A program made the translations under genes and the position numbers. The notes below the pieces were generated by a model that worked only from the letters and a program-made list of their open reading frames with translations, did no database searches and was not told the origin of the DNA. Shown in pieces: positions 1-13,061 of a DNA stretch of 64,000 nt (position 1 is the stretch's first letter; the number at the start of each line of letters is the position of its first letter). This DNA is from Octopus vulgaris (taxonomy: Eukaryota), in contig OX597827.1 of NCBI GenBank assembly GCA_951406725.2, positions 75,268,001-75,332,000 of the forward strand, in the 5' to 3' direction.

Positions 1-33
<33 letters not shown>

Positions 34-139
34 TATATACACACATATATATGTGTATATGCATACATATATATATGTATGTATATATATATATATTTAT
101 ATATATACATATATATATGTATGTATATATATATATGTA

Positions 140-172
<33 letters not shown>

Positions 173-210
173 TTATATACATATATATACATTTATATAT
201 GCATTTATAT

Positions 211-257
<47 letters not shown>

Positions 258-328
258 CACACATACATACATATAAATGTTTGTATATGCATGTATATAT
301 ATATATACATATATGTATGTATATACAG

Positions 329-359
<31 letters not shown>

Positions 360-470
360 CTTTCATAAATATGCATATATGTATATATACATATGCACAT
401 AGATGCAGACATCACATGCACACACACACATCTTTATGTGTGTATATATATATGTATGCATGTACATGTG
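1..470. repeat. Compound (TA)n/(CA)n microsatellite
   Basis: Direct reading. It explains the Y/I/C/H-rich ORFs at 51-484. Confidence 0.97.
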
Positions 471-875
471 TGAGGATGAGATAGTTATGATCAAACGATC
501 TAAAAGACCACACTTCAATGAAAATCTTGATACATTCTAAACAGGGTGAATGTAAATGTATTTAGTTATGTATGTATGTACATACGAATGTATGCATATG
601 TGTGTGAATGTATGTGCATTTGTATGTATGTCAATATATTTTCATGTTAATGTATGAGTGTGTGTGTCTGTGTGTGCCTGTGTGTATGTAAAAAATAAGT
701 TTTCATTGCATAAGTACAAATGTACACAGAAATCCATGTACACTATAGCATAGACACACACTTACACATCACCCATATACATACATTATCCCCATCAGTT
801 GAATGTCAATTTTTACTTGCTGGCATTTTCTATCTCTGCCGTTTCCCATCTATCCCCTGACTATACCCATCCTTC

Positions 876-916
<41 letters not shown>

Positions 917-1220
917 CATCATCATCATCCTCATCGTTTAACGTTCGCTCTCCATGCTAGCATGGGTTGGACGATTTGACTGAGGACTGGCGAACCAGAT
1001 GGCTGCACCAGGCTCCAATCTGATCTGGCAGAGTTTCTAACGCCAACCACTCCGAGAATGTAGTGGGTGCTTTTACGTGCCACCAGCTCACGTGCCAGTC
1101 AGGCGGTACTGGCAACGGCCATGCTCAAGTGGTGCTTTTTACGTGCCACCTGCACAGGAGCCAGTCCAGCGGCACTGGCAACAACCTCGCTCGAATGTTT
1201 TTCATGTGCTACCGGCACCC
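917..1220 (-). mobile_element. RTE-clade LINE 3'UTR fragment (family A), (GAT)n tail
   Basis: (CAT)n followed by cgtttaacg...ccatgctagcatgggttggacg...ggtgcttttacgtgccacc. The same block recurs many times, and the copy at 20118 is fused to an RTE ORF C-terminus. Confidence 0.8.
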
Positions 1221-1259
1221 ATATATACAAATATACATATATCTATGTTTAATAGATAT

Positions 1260-1475
1260 ACTCATAGATCATTAGCTCCTTCACGCATTTTTCTCTCTCC
1301 TTGTTTCTCTCCTTTTTTTTCTGTGTATCTTTCTGTCGAAGAGCATATGCTCGAAATGTAAAAGACTTGTTCTATTTCTATTCCTTGAGCACCATACTAA
1401 TACATTTGTTTGTTTGTACTCCACCTGCCTTCGTCTTTTGTTTATTTTCGTAAACCTTCCCGTTATATATATATA
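1260..1475 (+). mobile_element. Penelope-like short element (family P1) with degenerate minimal hammerhead at 1328-1365
   Basis: tcttt-CTGTCGA-A-GAGC-atat-GCTC-GAAA-TGTA-aaaga. The downstream taatacat...ccacctg...tttgt block is shared with the copies at 15822 and 16350. Ends in (TA)n. PLE assignment is inference. Confidence 0.6.
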
Positions 1476-1480
1476 ACTCT

Positions 1481-1799
1481 ATGCTGGTGGCACGTAAAAA
1501 GCACCATCCAAACATGGCCGATGCCAGTGCCGCCTTGACTGGCTTCCATGCTGGTGGCATGTAAAACCCACCAACCGATAGTGTCTGTTGCCAGCCTCCC
1601 CTGGCACTTGTGCCAGTAGCACATAAAAAGCACCCACTACACTCATGGAGTGCTTGGAGTTAGGAAGGGCATCCAGCTGTAGAAACACTGCCAGATCAGA
1701 CAGGAGCCTGGTGCAGCCTTCTGGCTTCCCAGACCCTGGTTGAACCGTCCAACCCATGCTAGCATGGAAAACGGACGTTAAACAATGATGATGATAATG

Positions 1800-1800
<1 letters not shown>
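1481..1800 (+). mobile_element. RTE-LINE 3'UTR fragment (family A)
   Basis: ggcacgtaaaaagcacc modules, ttaggaagggcatccagctgtagaaac, ccaacccatgctagcatgg and a (GAT)n tail. Confidence 0.8.
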
Positions 1801-1840
<40 letters not shown>

Positions 1841-2277
1841 TCACACACACATGTGTATATATATATATGTGAGTGCATATATATAAAAACACACATGGTG
1901 CTATCAGTGCTAAAACTATCTAAACTCAAAAGGGATTACCTCATCTTTAATTTTCTTCAGTTTACCACAGTCTCATGCATATACTCTTTACTAGAATTCC
2001 ATAGCTGTGTTCCAGTCAATGGTCTTTGTTTATGTAGAACACATGTCTATACCTGCACAATCTTCCTTGCACATCTCTAAGCATTCAATATTCTTGACAC
2101 AGGCTTTCTGCCAATATCTAACATCATTTGTTGGTATGTTTGATTTTCTTTGTTTGCTGCAGAACCCATGAAATATTATTTCTTTAAGAGTCTCCAAGAC
2201 TGGGGATAAGGAGTCATCATCGAAAGATAGATCTCAACTGTATGCTCGTAACTTAGTGAATTCTGCTCCCAGTGCTC

Positions 2278-2280
<3 letters not shown>

Positions 2281-2327
<47 letters not shown>

Positions 2328-2560
2328 TTAACATCCATTTTTGATTCTGGTGTGGGTTGGACAGTTTGAAAGAAGCTGGTCAGCTGAAGAGCTGCACCAG
2401 GCCCCAATTGTCAGTTTTGACAAGGTTTCTATATCTGGATGCCCCTCTTAATGGCAACCGCTTTACAAAGTGTATTGAGTTCTTTTTAAATAGCACTAGC
2501 ATGAAGGCTTTATAAGCAGCTCCAGCATGGCCGATTTTTTTATGTGGCACCAGCACAGGA
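2281..2560 (-). mobile_element. Degenerate family A (RTE 3' end) copy
   Basis: Long (CAT)n followed by diverged gggttggacagtttg...ctggatgccc. Confidence 0.65.
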
Positions 2561-3420
2561 TGGTAGCATTAATTCGTTTCATACCAACTTATATGAAACT
2601 GCCCTAGATTTTATGATTCAAATTCCCTGTTTTGAAATTACCCATCCATCTGTCTTCTTTGCCCACTATTCTTCTGAGGGCTGTGGGAATAGAGTGCCCA
2701 GGCACTTCCCCCATCGGGTCCCATCAAAAGCAATTGTCATTAGACTTTCTAGATGGCTTCCTAACCATGACCAACTGAGACCATTTCCTTTTTGGTCTAC
2801 CCCTAAGTATAGTGGTTCTCTCCAGCAACATTCTAATCACATAACTGTTATTTTATTAAATTCTTTATTATTTTGAAAACTAATGGAAGCAAAAGCAATG
2901 TATTTCAACAGAAAAACAATAATGAAAGGGCTAACCCCAGGTAATGGATTAAATCTACCTTCCAAGAACACAAAGAGTCAAAAGAAATCCTATTAAACAC
3001 TCAGTTCAATGTTTTCCCATTTATTCCAATTCCTTACCTTAGACTGGAAAGGATGAAAAATGAAGTTGACATGAGTGGGGTTTGAACCCAGAACACAGAG
3101 AGTCAGAGGAAATATCATATGGAATTTCTTTCTATGCGCTAATGACTCTATCAATTCCTTGCCTCTATAGATACTCTGTCTATTTTGAGATACTCGGTGA
3201 CTATTTCTGGATGTATGATGAATTTAGAAATAATCACTAGAATATTGAAATATGATAATGTAGATGTCATGGTGAAGGTGGCGGTGGTGGTGGTGGTGGT
3301 GGTGGTGATGGTCACTAGCTCAAGGTCAGCTCTAACCCTGATAACGAATGATTAAAAGTGTCACATCTGTGAATATCCTATCAATTATTCAGACATATTC
3401 TCTTTTTCTCTCTTTTCTCT

Positions 3421-3619
3421 TTTACTTGTTTCAGTCATTTGACTGCGGCCATGCTGGAGCACCACCTTTAATCGAGCAACTCGACCCCGGGACTTATTCT
3501 TTGTAAGCCCAGTACTTATTCTATCGGTCTCTTTTTTGCCGAACCGCTAAATGACGGGGACGTAAACACACCAGCATTGGTTGTCAAGCGATGCTAGGGG
3601 AACAAACACAGACACACAA

Positions 3620-3660
<41 letters not shown>

Positions 3661-3822
3661 ACAGGCTTCTTTCAGTTTCCGTCTACCAAATCCACTCACA
3701 AGGCATTGGTCGGCCCGGGGCTATAGCAGAAGACACTTGCCCAAGATGCCACGCAGTGGGACTGAACCCGGAACCATGTGGTTGGTTAGCAAGCTACTTA
3801 CCACACAGCCACTCCTGCGCCT
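3421..3822 (-). mobile_element. Full-length tRNA-derived SINE with CORE-like domain and internal microsatellite (family B)
   Basis: The minus strand begins aggcgcaggagTGGCTGTGTGG (A box)...GGTTCAGTCCC (B box-like), then gtggcatcttgggcaagtgtctt (CORE/MIR-like), an internal (TA)(TG) tract and a tail ending gaaacaagtaaa. Confidence 0.88.
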
Positions 3823-3843
3823 AGGATTACATTATACTAAGAT

Positions 3844-3918
<75 letters not shown>

Positions 3919-3989
3919 GGTTATGGCAGGTTCATAGAGTTGTCAAGTAGTGGTGGGGGAACAAAATGATACAGTATATATATACATAT

Positions 3990-4197
3990 ACAGGTGTGTG
4001 TCTGTGTTTGTTCCCCCTCCACTGCTTGACAACCAGAGTTGGTGTCTTTACATTCCCATAACTTAGCAGTTCAGTAAAAGGGATCGATAGAATAAGTGCC
4101 AGGCTTTAAAAAATAAGGACTGGCATTGATTCATTCGACTAAAACATTCTTCAAGGCAGTGCCCCAGCATGGCCACACTCTAACGACTGAAACAAGA
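3990..4197 (+). mobile_element. Family B SINE 3' half
   Basis: ctgcttgacaacc...gatagaataagt...ccagcatggcc...actgaaacaag. Confidence 0.75.
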
Positions 4198-4218
4198 TAT
4201 TACCTATGTTGTATTTGT

Positions 4219-4447
4219 TGCGAGCTGGCAGAAACGTTAGCACGCCAGGTGAAATGCTTAGCAGTATTTCGTCTGCCGTTACGTTCTGAGTTCAAATTCC
4301 GCCGAGGTCGACTTTGCCTTTCATCCTTTCGGAGTCGATAAATTAAGTAGCAGTTGCACACTGGGGTCGATGTAATCGACTTAATCCCTTTGTCTGTCCT
4401 TGTTTATCCCCTCTATGTTCAGCCCCTTGTGGGCAATAAAGAAATAA
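4219..4447 (+). mobile_element. tRNA-derived SINE family C
   Basis: gcgagctggcagaaacgttagc (A box-like), gagttcaaattcc (B box), then a central gtcgactttgcctttcatcctttcgg..gataaattaagta domain. This resembles the Meta-type SINE domain from recollection and is not verified. Confidence 0.85.
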
Positions 4448-4495
4448 CTTGTTGCTTAGGCTCTGGTCAACACTGATTCACCAGACCTCTAATTA

Positions 4496-5010
4496 TACTA
4501 GATTCAGGAATGATTTTTTATGCAAGAATTTATTCAAAATTAAAAACTATTCTTCAAGATAAAGGCCATCATTTTCCACGACCTTCTGCCTACAATCTGC
4601 AAGCTTTCAGATTTGGTCAAAGTACCAATCCTTTGGTTTTGAATTGAAAAATTCTTGACAGGTTTCTTCAACTTCTTCGAATGACTCAAATCAGCAACCT
4701 TTCATAAAATGCTGCTTTGATTGGAAGAGACCGTAGTCAGATGAAGCAACATCTGGACTATAGGCTGGATGCATCAGAACTTCCACACCGTCCAATTCTT
4801 CAATCTTGTTGCTGGTCTTTCTGACTGTATGTGGCTCTGCATTGTCTGGTTGAAACAAAGTGCGTTATTGACAAACAAGTCTTGGGTACTTTTCAACAGT
4901 GTGTCACCGTTGAACATAACATGAACTGAATAAACACACACACCACAAAAATATATTTTAAAAAAAGGATTATTTTAACACAGAGCACAAACTTTTTCCT
5001 CAGTCTAATA
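4496..5010 (-). mobile_element. Internally deleted mariner (Tc1/mariner) element
   Basis: Degenerate TIRs tactagattcaggaatgat (4496) and gcacaaactttttcctcagtctaata (to 5010), each ending in TA. They enclose a transposase C-terminal remnant. Confidence 0.75.
4547..4875 (-). pseudogene. Mariner transposase C-terminal catalytic remnant
   Basis: Manual translation: LFQPDNAEPHTVRKTSNKIEELDGVEVLMHPAYSPDVASSDYGLFQSKQHFMKGC*FESFEEVEETCQEFFNSKPKDWYFDQI*KLADCRQKVVENDGLYLEE*. It contains the DNA-x-PH and YSPDLAPSDY-like motifs with in-frame stops. Confidence 0.92.
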
Positions 5011-5444
5011 ATTATAATCAAAGACATTTTGTCTGTGACTGCCTTTTGGAGGTATGTTAAAGGTTTCCAGAATTGTTAGAATGCTGAGCATAATTGCTTC
5101 GTGGCATTTCATCCATTTTTATGCTTTTTGAGTTCAAACTTCACTGAGGTCAACTTAGCCTTTTGTCCTTTCAAAGTTGATAAAAGAGGTACCAGTTGCA
5201 CACTTGGGGTCAATGTGATCAACTTGCCCACTACCCCAAACTTTCTGGCCTTGTCTCAAAATTTGAAATCGTTATTTAGTACATTCTTTCACTGCTTAAG
5301 TAGGTAGGGTAAGAATTGAGCAAGATTTTGAATAATAATAAAGAAATGAATTTATTGTATACAGTACTCAGGTATACGACAAGTGTGCTGTCACTATCTT
5401 TGGTGGTTTGGACAACCATGTAGAGGATCCCTCTTATGATGCTA

Positions 5445-5655
5445 TTGTTGTTGTTGTTTAGCCCCAGAATAACATCAATCAGGCACATCTATAAATCAAA
5501 GACATTCCAGAAGTGACTAACATGTCTTTTTTTAGAGACATATCGAGGGTCACATAATCCAATATCACATTCCGTTATTTAACACAGTAAAGAATAATAT
5601 AAAGAAAATTTATCTGCTATTTCTAGCATGTCACTCATTCACTTAGATGACCATT
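5445..5655 (-). mobile_element. Old (CAA)n-tailed interspersed repeat (family F)
   Basis: tgttgttgtttagcccc...atcaaagacattccag...gctatttctagc. The family recurs throughout the window (e.g. 10635-10910+, 29450-29640, 30410-30555, 35345-35540, 37650-37830, 43420-43550, 51523-51755, 53460-53630, 55590-55725, 56245-56430, 61455-61580). Confidence 0.7.
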
Positions 5656-5684
5656 TGTTGGATCATCATTCTTTGTGTTTCTTC

Positions 5685-5843
5685 CACGAGTGTAGTGGGT
5701 GCTTTTTACGTGCTACCCGCACAGGAGCCAGGCGGAGCTGGCAAATGGCCATGAACGGATGGTGCTTTTACATGCCACCGGCACGGAGGCCAGTCGGGGC
5801 GGCGCTGGCAATGGCCACGAACGGATGGTGCTTTTTACGTGCT
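5685..5843 (-). mobile_element. Family A (RTE 3'UTR) internal fragment
   Basis: Three ggtgcttttta(c)gtgc modules. Confidence 0.7.
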
Positions 5844-6089
5844 TATAGGTAGATTAATTCAAAACCATTCGAGCATGTTATAGTTTTTAATTATGAAGTC
5901 TACTGACAGCTGATTAACACTTCAGTGCTGCCTGACACCCTCATTCAAGTATAACCTATTTCTCACACTCAAATGAACATATTACTTGAGTGTAAGCTGT
6001 TACTCAATCTTGCTTGAAACTTACTTGGAACTTCTGTCATACTCGACATGCGTTAAAACAATGTAGTCTACAGTATTTGGTATACACAA

Positions 6090-6220
6090 TAACATACATA
6101 TATACATACACACACATGCACACATACATACATACATGGACACATACATACATACATACACACATACATACACACATACATACATACGTACGTACGTACA
6201 TACATACATACATACAAACA

Positions 6221-6252
<32 letters not shown>

Positions 6253-6350
6253 CACACATACATACATACATACATGCATATACACACATACATGCATGCA
6301 CACATACATGCATACATACATATATACATACATACATGCATATACATACC
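6090..6350. repeat. (CATA)n/(CA)n microsatellite
   Basis: Direct reading. Confidence 0.95.
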
Positions 6351-6364
6351 ACCCACGCAATGTT

Positions 6365-7215
6365 CAACCACCACCATCACAACCACATAGTACCACTACA
6401 ACCACACTCACCACCACCACCACCACTACTACTACTACACATTCACAGTTGTCAAGGTTACCACCACCATCACCAACAACAACAACACCAACACCACTGT
6501 CACCTTTACAGCTATTACTACTATCACCTCTATAACGACGACCACTTCTACTCCACCACTGTCACCACAAATACCACCTCCCCCTTCAGAACCAATGCAA
6601 TCATCACCATCAGTCACCATCAGTCACCATCGCCATCAATCATCATCACCACCATCAACCACTAACCCCATCACAACAAACATCTCTAGGGCCACTTCTG
6701 CACCGTCGCTGTAACCATTATCAACACTACCACCTACACCACTGCAGCCACCATTACTGCCGCTACCACTGCCACTACCACCATCACTGTCAGAACCACT
6801 GCTGGCACCGCTACCATTTCTATTACTGTCATCACTATCACCAATATCACTATTACCACCACCACCACTATCATCACCACCATCACCACCACCTTCATCA
6901 TCACCACCACCACTATCACCACCACCACTATCACCACCACCTTCATCATCACCACCACCACTATCATCACCACCACCACCATCACCACCACCATCACCAC
7001 CACCTTCATCATCACCACCACCACTATCACCACCACCTTCATCATCACCACCACCACTATCATCACCACCACCACCATCACCACCACCATCACCACCACC
7101 ACTATCATCACCACCACCACCATCACCACCACCTTCATCATCACCACCACCACTATCACCACCACCACTGCCGCCGCCGCCGCCACCACCACCACCACTA
7201 TTACCGTTGCCACTG
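6365..7215. repeat. (CAC/CAT/TAC)n low-complexity tract with higher-order repeats at 6850-7200
   Basis: Recurring ctatcatcaccaccacca and ccttcatcatcaccacca units. It is the source of the Gly/Asp- and Val/Met-rich ORFs. Confidence 0.9.
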
Positions 7216-7354
7216 TTGTAAATGAACATGCTTTGACCGGTAAGTTAGTTTGGTATTTTATAACTGGAGTTAATTACCTTAAAGCAAGTAGGTCGGTGGG
7301 AGTGAAATCTATTGTTGCAACATTCTGAGTGATTCACAAGCTAAGGCTTGAGTG

Positions 7355-7780
7355 TACACACACACATACATGCATACATGCATACATACATACATACGTA
7401 CATACATACATACACATGTACATACATACATACACACGTACATACATACATACATACACACATACACACACACATAATACATACATACATACACACATAC
7501 ATACATGCACACATACATACATACATACATACATACATACATACATACATGCACACATACATACATGCATACACACTCATACACACACACATACATACGC
7601 ACACAGATAAATTGATTCATACATACATACATGCACTTTATATTATACATTCATACATTTTTACATGCATACATACATACTTATACACACATACATGCAC
7701 ACACACACACACATGCACACACACACATGCACACACACACATGCACACACACACACACACACATACATATGCATACATAC
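7355..7780. repeat. (CATA)n/(CA)n microsatellite
   Basis: Direct reading. Confidence 0.95.
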
Positions 7781-8189
7781 TCAGATAAATTGATACAAAC
7801 AAAGAAACAAACAAACAAGACAGTGAATTGGTAACATAGTTAGAAGATGGAATAGAATTCCTCATATTTGGTTTTGACTCTCTAAACTCAGATCAAATTT
7901 GCTTTTCCTCCTTCGAACTCTCTTTATTCTGAGCTCAAATCCCCTCCATGGCATTTTTGGGTGATAATCTTAATTCGTTGCTCTCATATCCTTCTATATG
8001 ATGGATACACAGATTTCACAAAGTGGAGATAGACTCAACCATCTTCCCACAACATACTTCAAATTACTCCACCAAACACACTACTCTTTCTAAAAGTTCA
8101 GCTAGTCCATTCTTCCAATCCCACAGGAATGTCAATGACTCTCACCATAGCAGTTGCCTTGCTTGGAAACCACTACTTGACCTCTTAAG

Positions 8190-8621
8190 CAATGCTGGAT
8201 TAACCATTAAGCAAAATAAGCACATGCTCAGGGCATCAAGGGAAAGAGGGGGAACACCACAGAAATGGTAAATGGTCTACGGCACAAAAGAAATCACTTT
8301 AAACCTGCTAAAATAATATTCAGGATGCCTTTATCTCTACTAAGTATAGATGTAGATGTGTTACCTAAGATTAATTCTGAGGATCTGATCAAAGACTTAG
8401 CAATTCAAAAAAGTAGGAGGAAACTTTTCAAATATAAATAAAGTGGAAGTAGACAAAAATAGACCATTATTTTCCCTCTCACTGTTTTGTTTCATTTTGA
8501 AACATAAAAATTTATTTAATGGTTTTTTATTGGTTATATTTTAAATTACATAATCTTTTATGAGGGCCCCAAAATATCTCTTAAGTCCTTAAAGCCTCAA
8601 TTGGGTCTTAATCGGGTCCTG
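8190..8621. mobile_element. hAT-superfamily MITE
   Basis: Imperfect TIRs caatgctggattaa / ttaatcgggtcctg, with a perfect 8-bp TSD ctcttaag at 8182-8189 and 8622-8629. Confidence 0.9.
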
Positions 8622-8698
8622 CTCTTAAGCGTCTTCAGTGGAGTCCACTATGGTGCAAGCACTCAAGCTATGTCTCTGATTTGACGATACCGCCCTCC

Positions 8699-8772
<74 letters not shown>

Positions 8773-9039
8773 TTCACCAGTATTGGAGGCCTTAATATAT
8801 ATATATTTAGATATCTAGATATAGATATAGATACAGATATTTTAATGTTTTGCTTGGGCATTGCGATGCTATTGATCTGCTGTTAGAACTCCATATATGA
8901 AGGGAACTATAAGGTGATACTCAAATGCTCAACTATGAATGCATTGCACCTTATAGCAGAAACAACTGTAAGCTAATGTAGTTCATAACATAATTGTTTA
9001 TTCCTTTGTCACCCCAATTGCTTATACATACATAAAATC

Positions 9040-9413
9040 AAAATCAAAATCGATCAACATCAATGGAAATTGTAGCTGTGATACCAGTGCCGATGGCACG
9101 TAAGAGAAACATCCGAACGTGGCCGTTGCCAGCGCTGCCCCGACCGGCCTCCGTGCCGGTGGCATGTAAAATACACCATCCAATTGTGGCCGTTGCCAGC
9201 CTCGTCTGGCACCTGTGCAGGTGACACGTAAAAAGCACCCACTACACTCACGGAGTGGTTGGTATTAGGAAGGGCATCCAGCCGTAGAAACATTGCCAGA
9301 TCAGACTGGGCCTGGCGCAGCCCTCTGGCTTCCCAGACCCCAGTTGAACCGTCCAACCCATGCTAGCATGGAAAACGGACGTTAAACGATGATGATGATG
9401 ATGATGATGATGA
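9040..9413 (+). mobile_element. RTE-LINE 3'UTR fragment (family A)
   Basis: Well-preserved copy with three internal modules and a (GAT)n tail. Confidence 0.82.
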
Positions 9414-9965
9414 TATATATACACACACACATACATACATACATACATTTATTTATGCGTATGTAAATATTGAACAATTAAATGAGTCCTAGACTAAAAT
9501 ATGTAGTGAGGATGGCCAGTGCTCCAGCATGGTTGCAGTCCAAAGGCTGATACTAGTAAGACTTAAAGTACATATGTTCATACACACACACACACACACA
9601 CACACAATAACGAACACATATTCCCTCAGTTACACCACCACAGCACAAGACAACTCCATCTACTGAAATAATCAATACCTGCCACATAGCAAAACAATTC
9701 AATGATCAATAACTATCAAGGTTATAGGCATCACATATTGATTTCATTGAAATCAATTATCCCCCATACTTCAATTCGCCAGGGCAGCTGTTACATGGCC
9801 ACAGAAGAGGGCAGCAGAAATTTCGTGTGCTGGTGGCAACGTGTTGTGTCTGTCGCAGTACCTGTGGTGGTAATGATGTCCCTAGGCTGTTGTAGTGGTG
9901 GTAGTGACTGTTGAGAGAGGACATAGTACTGTCTGTACATGATTATGGTTGTGTTGCTAATGAAC

Positions 9966-10139
9966 GGTGGTGGTGGTGTGGTTGTGGTGGTGGTGGTTGT
10001 GGTGGCGGTGGCAGCGGCAGCGGCGGCGGCAGCGGCAGCGGTGGCGGCGGAGGCGGCGGCGGCGGTGGCGGCGGCGGCGGTGGATGTAGTGGTGGTGGTG
10101 GTGGTGGTGGCGGTACTGCTGCTGGTGGTGCTGGTGGTA
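9966..10139. repeat. (GGT)n/(GGC)n trinucleotide tract
   Basis: Direct reading. It is the source of the poly-G, poly-P and poly-A ORFs. Confidence 0.95.
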
Positions 10140-10634
10140 TCAACGAAATCGTTCAGGGCTATCAGGGCACGTTGCTGTTGTTATGGAACAGCCCCTGTCA
10201 GCTGTGCTCAAATGAACCCATTCCAAAGAGCAGACCAATCCAATCCTTGATGCAGGAGACAATCCAGGAAATACAACCGCATTGGCTAGTAAGCTGATCT
10301 TCTGCAAACCTCAAATCAGACCCACAATGAAGGGTCACTCCGACAACTGGGGTAGTACTGCTCCCATGTATAGGACAGCACTGCTTCCACACACCCAAAC
10401 ATACTAGACCACACATCTAAATTAGGGCCATCCAACTAATAAGCAAAAGTCCCTCCCCCTAACGGTCTACAATCTCCGGAGCCCTGATATACTCTTTTCT
10501 CTTTCTGCTTATCCTCCTACTTCTATGACCACCTCTACTCCTTGGAACTAGATAATTGAATTATGGTTCCATCTCTTCCCACACCTCATCTCTTCAGATA
10601 CAACCATCTCTCCTCCTCTCCTACTGTAAGCCAT

Positions 10635-10912
10635 TGATGGAGCCTCTATGTGGTCACTTGATATACTAAGAATAGCAGCCAAATCTCCCCCAAATCTGCT
10701 ATCATTTTTGTCTTTGTTTTGTTTTGTTTTTTTTTGTTTGTTTTTTTGCTTGGTTTTGTTTTTATAATGGATAGATTTATTGGATAATGTAATTCTATAT
10801 GCAATATATCTGAAAACAGATGGGATAGTCATGGCTGTAATGCCTTTGATCATAAGTCTGCTCAGTCAAGAATGAACTGGAGGAGATGCTAAACAACAAC
10901 AACAACAACAGC
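10635..10912 (+). mobile_element. Family F repeat, near full length
   Basis: ggagcctctatgtggtc...aatagcagccaaatctccc...tgcctttgatcat...gctaaacaacaacaac. Confidence 0.75.
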
Positions 10913-10969
10913 AGCAGTCCCAACTATAAAGGTTGAATGAAAAGTTTGTAGGTTGACCAAAACACTCAC

Positions 10970-11170
10970 CTGTTTCTCCTCATATTCTTCTGACATTACC
11001 CACCCCTCTTGATTTTCCTGTCTCCATGCTTTCTTCTGTTCACCTTCTTGGATACAACTGACTGACGCTATGTTCTGACACCTCATCACCACTCTATCAA
11101 CCACTCTTTTGGCACCACTTCAGTTATGCAACTCGCCAATGTAATTTGGCAAATAGTTTTGAATATTCCC
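10970..11170 (-). CDS. Candidate exon containing a start codon (MRCQNIASVSCIQEGEQKKAWRQENQEGWVMSEEYEEKQ); product unknown
   Basis: Unique sequence with a consensus donor CAG|GTGAGT at 10970/10969 and a weak acceptor tctgttgtag| at 11171. There is an in-frame stop upstream of the ATG and the frame is open to the donor (phase 0). No homology recognised. Confidence 0.3.
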
Positions 11171-11502
11171 CTACAACAGACCCGTCCCTCTCAATATTTG
11201 CATAAAGCAACTCCTCTCCCTTTCCAGCAAGGAGGATTTTTTAGTCTTGTGAGTTGCAAGACAACCTCATGATGTCGGTACCATGAAGAAAATTACCAGG
11301 GACATACTGTAGAGTGGTTGGCATTAGGAACGGCATCCAGCCAAAGGAACCAAGCTGAAACTGAGACACTGGGGCAAGAAACCATCTTACGATCTGTTGG
11401 ATGTTGTCTAACTATCTAGTCCATGCCAGCATGGGAAGCAGGTACGAAAATGATGAAGATATATGTATGTACACACACACACGTGCACACACACACACAC
11501 AC

Positions 11503-11551
<49 letters not shown>

Positions 11552-12021
11552 GGTGCAGTTGATCAATTTACACAAAAAAAATTTACTGAAGGTGAGGCCC
11601 TAACACACTAAGTAGAGCCTAAATTATAGGCCATGAATATCCTCCTCCTCATCATCATCATCATCATCATCACCACCACCATCACCATCCTTTTAATATC
11701 CACTTTTCCGTATTTGCATGGGCCTGATATCATTTGTAGGGGGCAGATAATCTACAGTTCGGTGCCTTTCCTGTTGCCAACCTTCACTTTTTCTCCAAGA
11801 AAAGTAATATTTCCTCCATGGCCACCAGAGATGGTTTTTCAGAGAAGACTAGAAACAAACAACATGGCTTGTATGACACTGCGTCAGTTTTGGAATCTCA
11901 CAATATCAAGACAAAGTCACACATGCACACATGTCCATATACATACAGACAGACAGATATAGATATATAATATATACTACATTATATATATACATATATT
12001 GTTGTATTTAGGAATGGTCAT

Positions 12022-12079
<58 letters not shown>

Positions 12080-12092
12080 GTATATGTATACA

Positions 12093-12326
12093 TGTGGCCG
12101 TTGCCCGAACGTGGCCGTTGCCAGTCTCGCCTCACCCCGGTGCCGGTGCATGTAAAAAGCACCCACTACTCTCACGGAGTGGTTGGCGTTAAGAAGAGCA
12201 TCCAGCCGTAGAAACATTGCCAGATCAGACTGGGCCTGGTGCAGCCTTCTGGCTTCTCAGACCCCAGTTGAAGTGTCCAACCCATGCTAGCGTGGAAAGC
12301 GGACTCTAAACGATGATGATGATGAT
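12093..12326 (+). mobile_element. Family A (RTE 3' end)
   Basis: Same 3'UTR and (GAT)n tail as the 9040 copy. Confidence 0.8.
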
Positions 12327-12620
12327 ACGTACGTATGTATGTGTGTATGTATGTATGTATGTATGTATGTATGTATGTATGTATGTATGTATGTATGTAT
12401 GTATGTATGTATGTATGTGTGTATGTATGTGCGTGCGCATGTACACATAGGTACATATATACGTGCATACACAACAGGCTTCTTTTAGTTTCTATCCACC
12501 AAATTCACTGAAAAGGGTCCAGTCATTCCAGAGCTGTAGTAGATGATATTTGCAACAGTTTAAACAACACATTAACGACATCAAGCTCCCTGGTTTTTTT
12601 CAAGGGTCGTAGGCACTTAC

Positions 12621-13061
12621 CCTTCCCCCAGAATCAGCAAATTAAATAAAACAAAATTTCCCTCTAAGGCCAGAGATTTCTCCGACAAGGAGGAGCGCGG
12701 CCCCCTAGACAACTGCCCACAGGGCAGTGTTTCCCCTCCTTATGTAAATAACCTGTCCTAAATCACAAGCTTTGTTTACATTTCTATTAGTAGCCTTTCT
12801 TTCCCATCCTCGGCGGTTTGAGAGACGGACGGGAATGAATCTTGATGGGTTGTTAAATCAAAATTAAACCCTAATTCCCCCAAAAAAACTATCAAAAATA
12901 CATACGCAGACCTAATTTTACGAAGAGACTAATATACGTGAATATGAGACCTTTTATTTATTTATTAGTAAACAGCAGCAGAAGTATGGCTGAGACACCA
13001 CGCCCTGGTGAACGATGAAAGATCAGTGATTGGTTTCCTCTGTGCTGCATTCACTAACTGA
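12621..13061 (-). promoter_or_regulatory. Candidate promoter and non-coding first exon of a minus-strand gene
   Basis: Inr-like TCAGTT on the minus strand (13061-13056) and a consensus donor AAGG|GTAAGT at 12621/12620. The sequence is unique and visibly retains CpGs. Confidence 0.35.

Noticed and set aside
6636-7229. 197-aa Gly/Asp-rich ORF
   Set aside because: It is a trinucleotide-repeat translation, open in several frames, with no non-repetitive domain.
10140-10440. Possible LINE coding remnant
   Set aside because: There is only a vague resemblance, and no diagnostic motif could be read.
12968-12983. 16-mer ttctgctgctgtttac shared (inverted) with 55910-55925
   Set aside because: About one such match is expected by chance in a 64-kb self-comparison, and it is partly (CTG)n.
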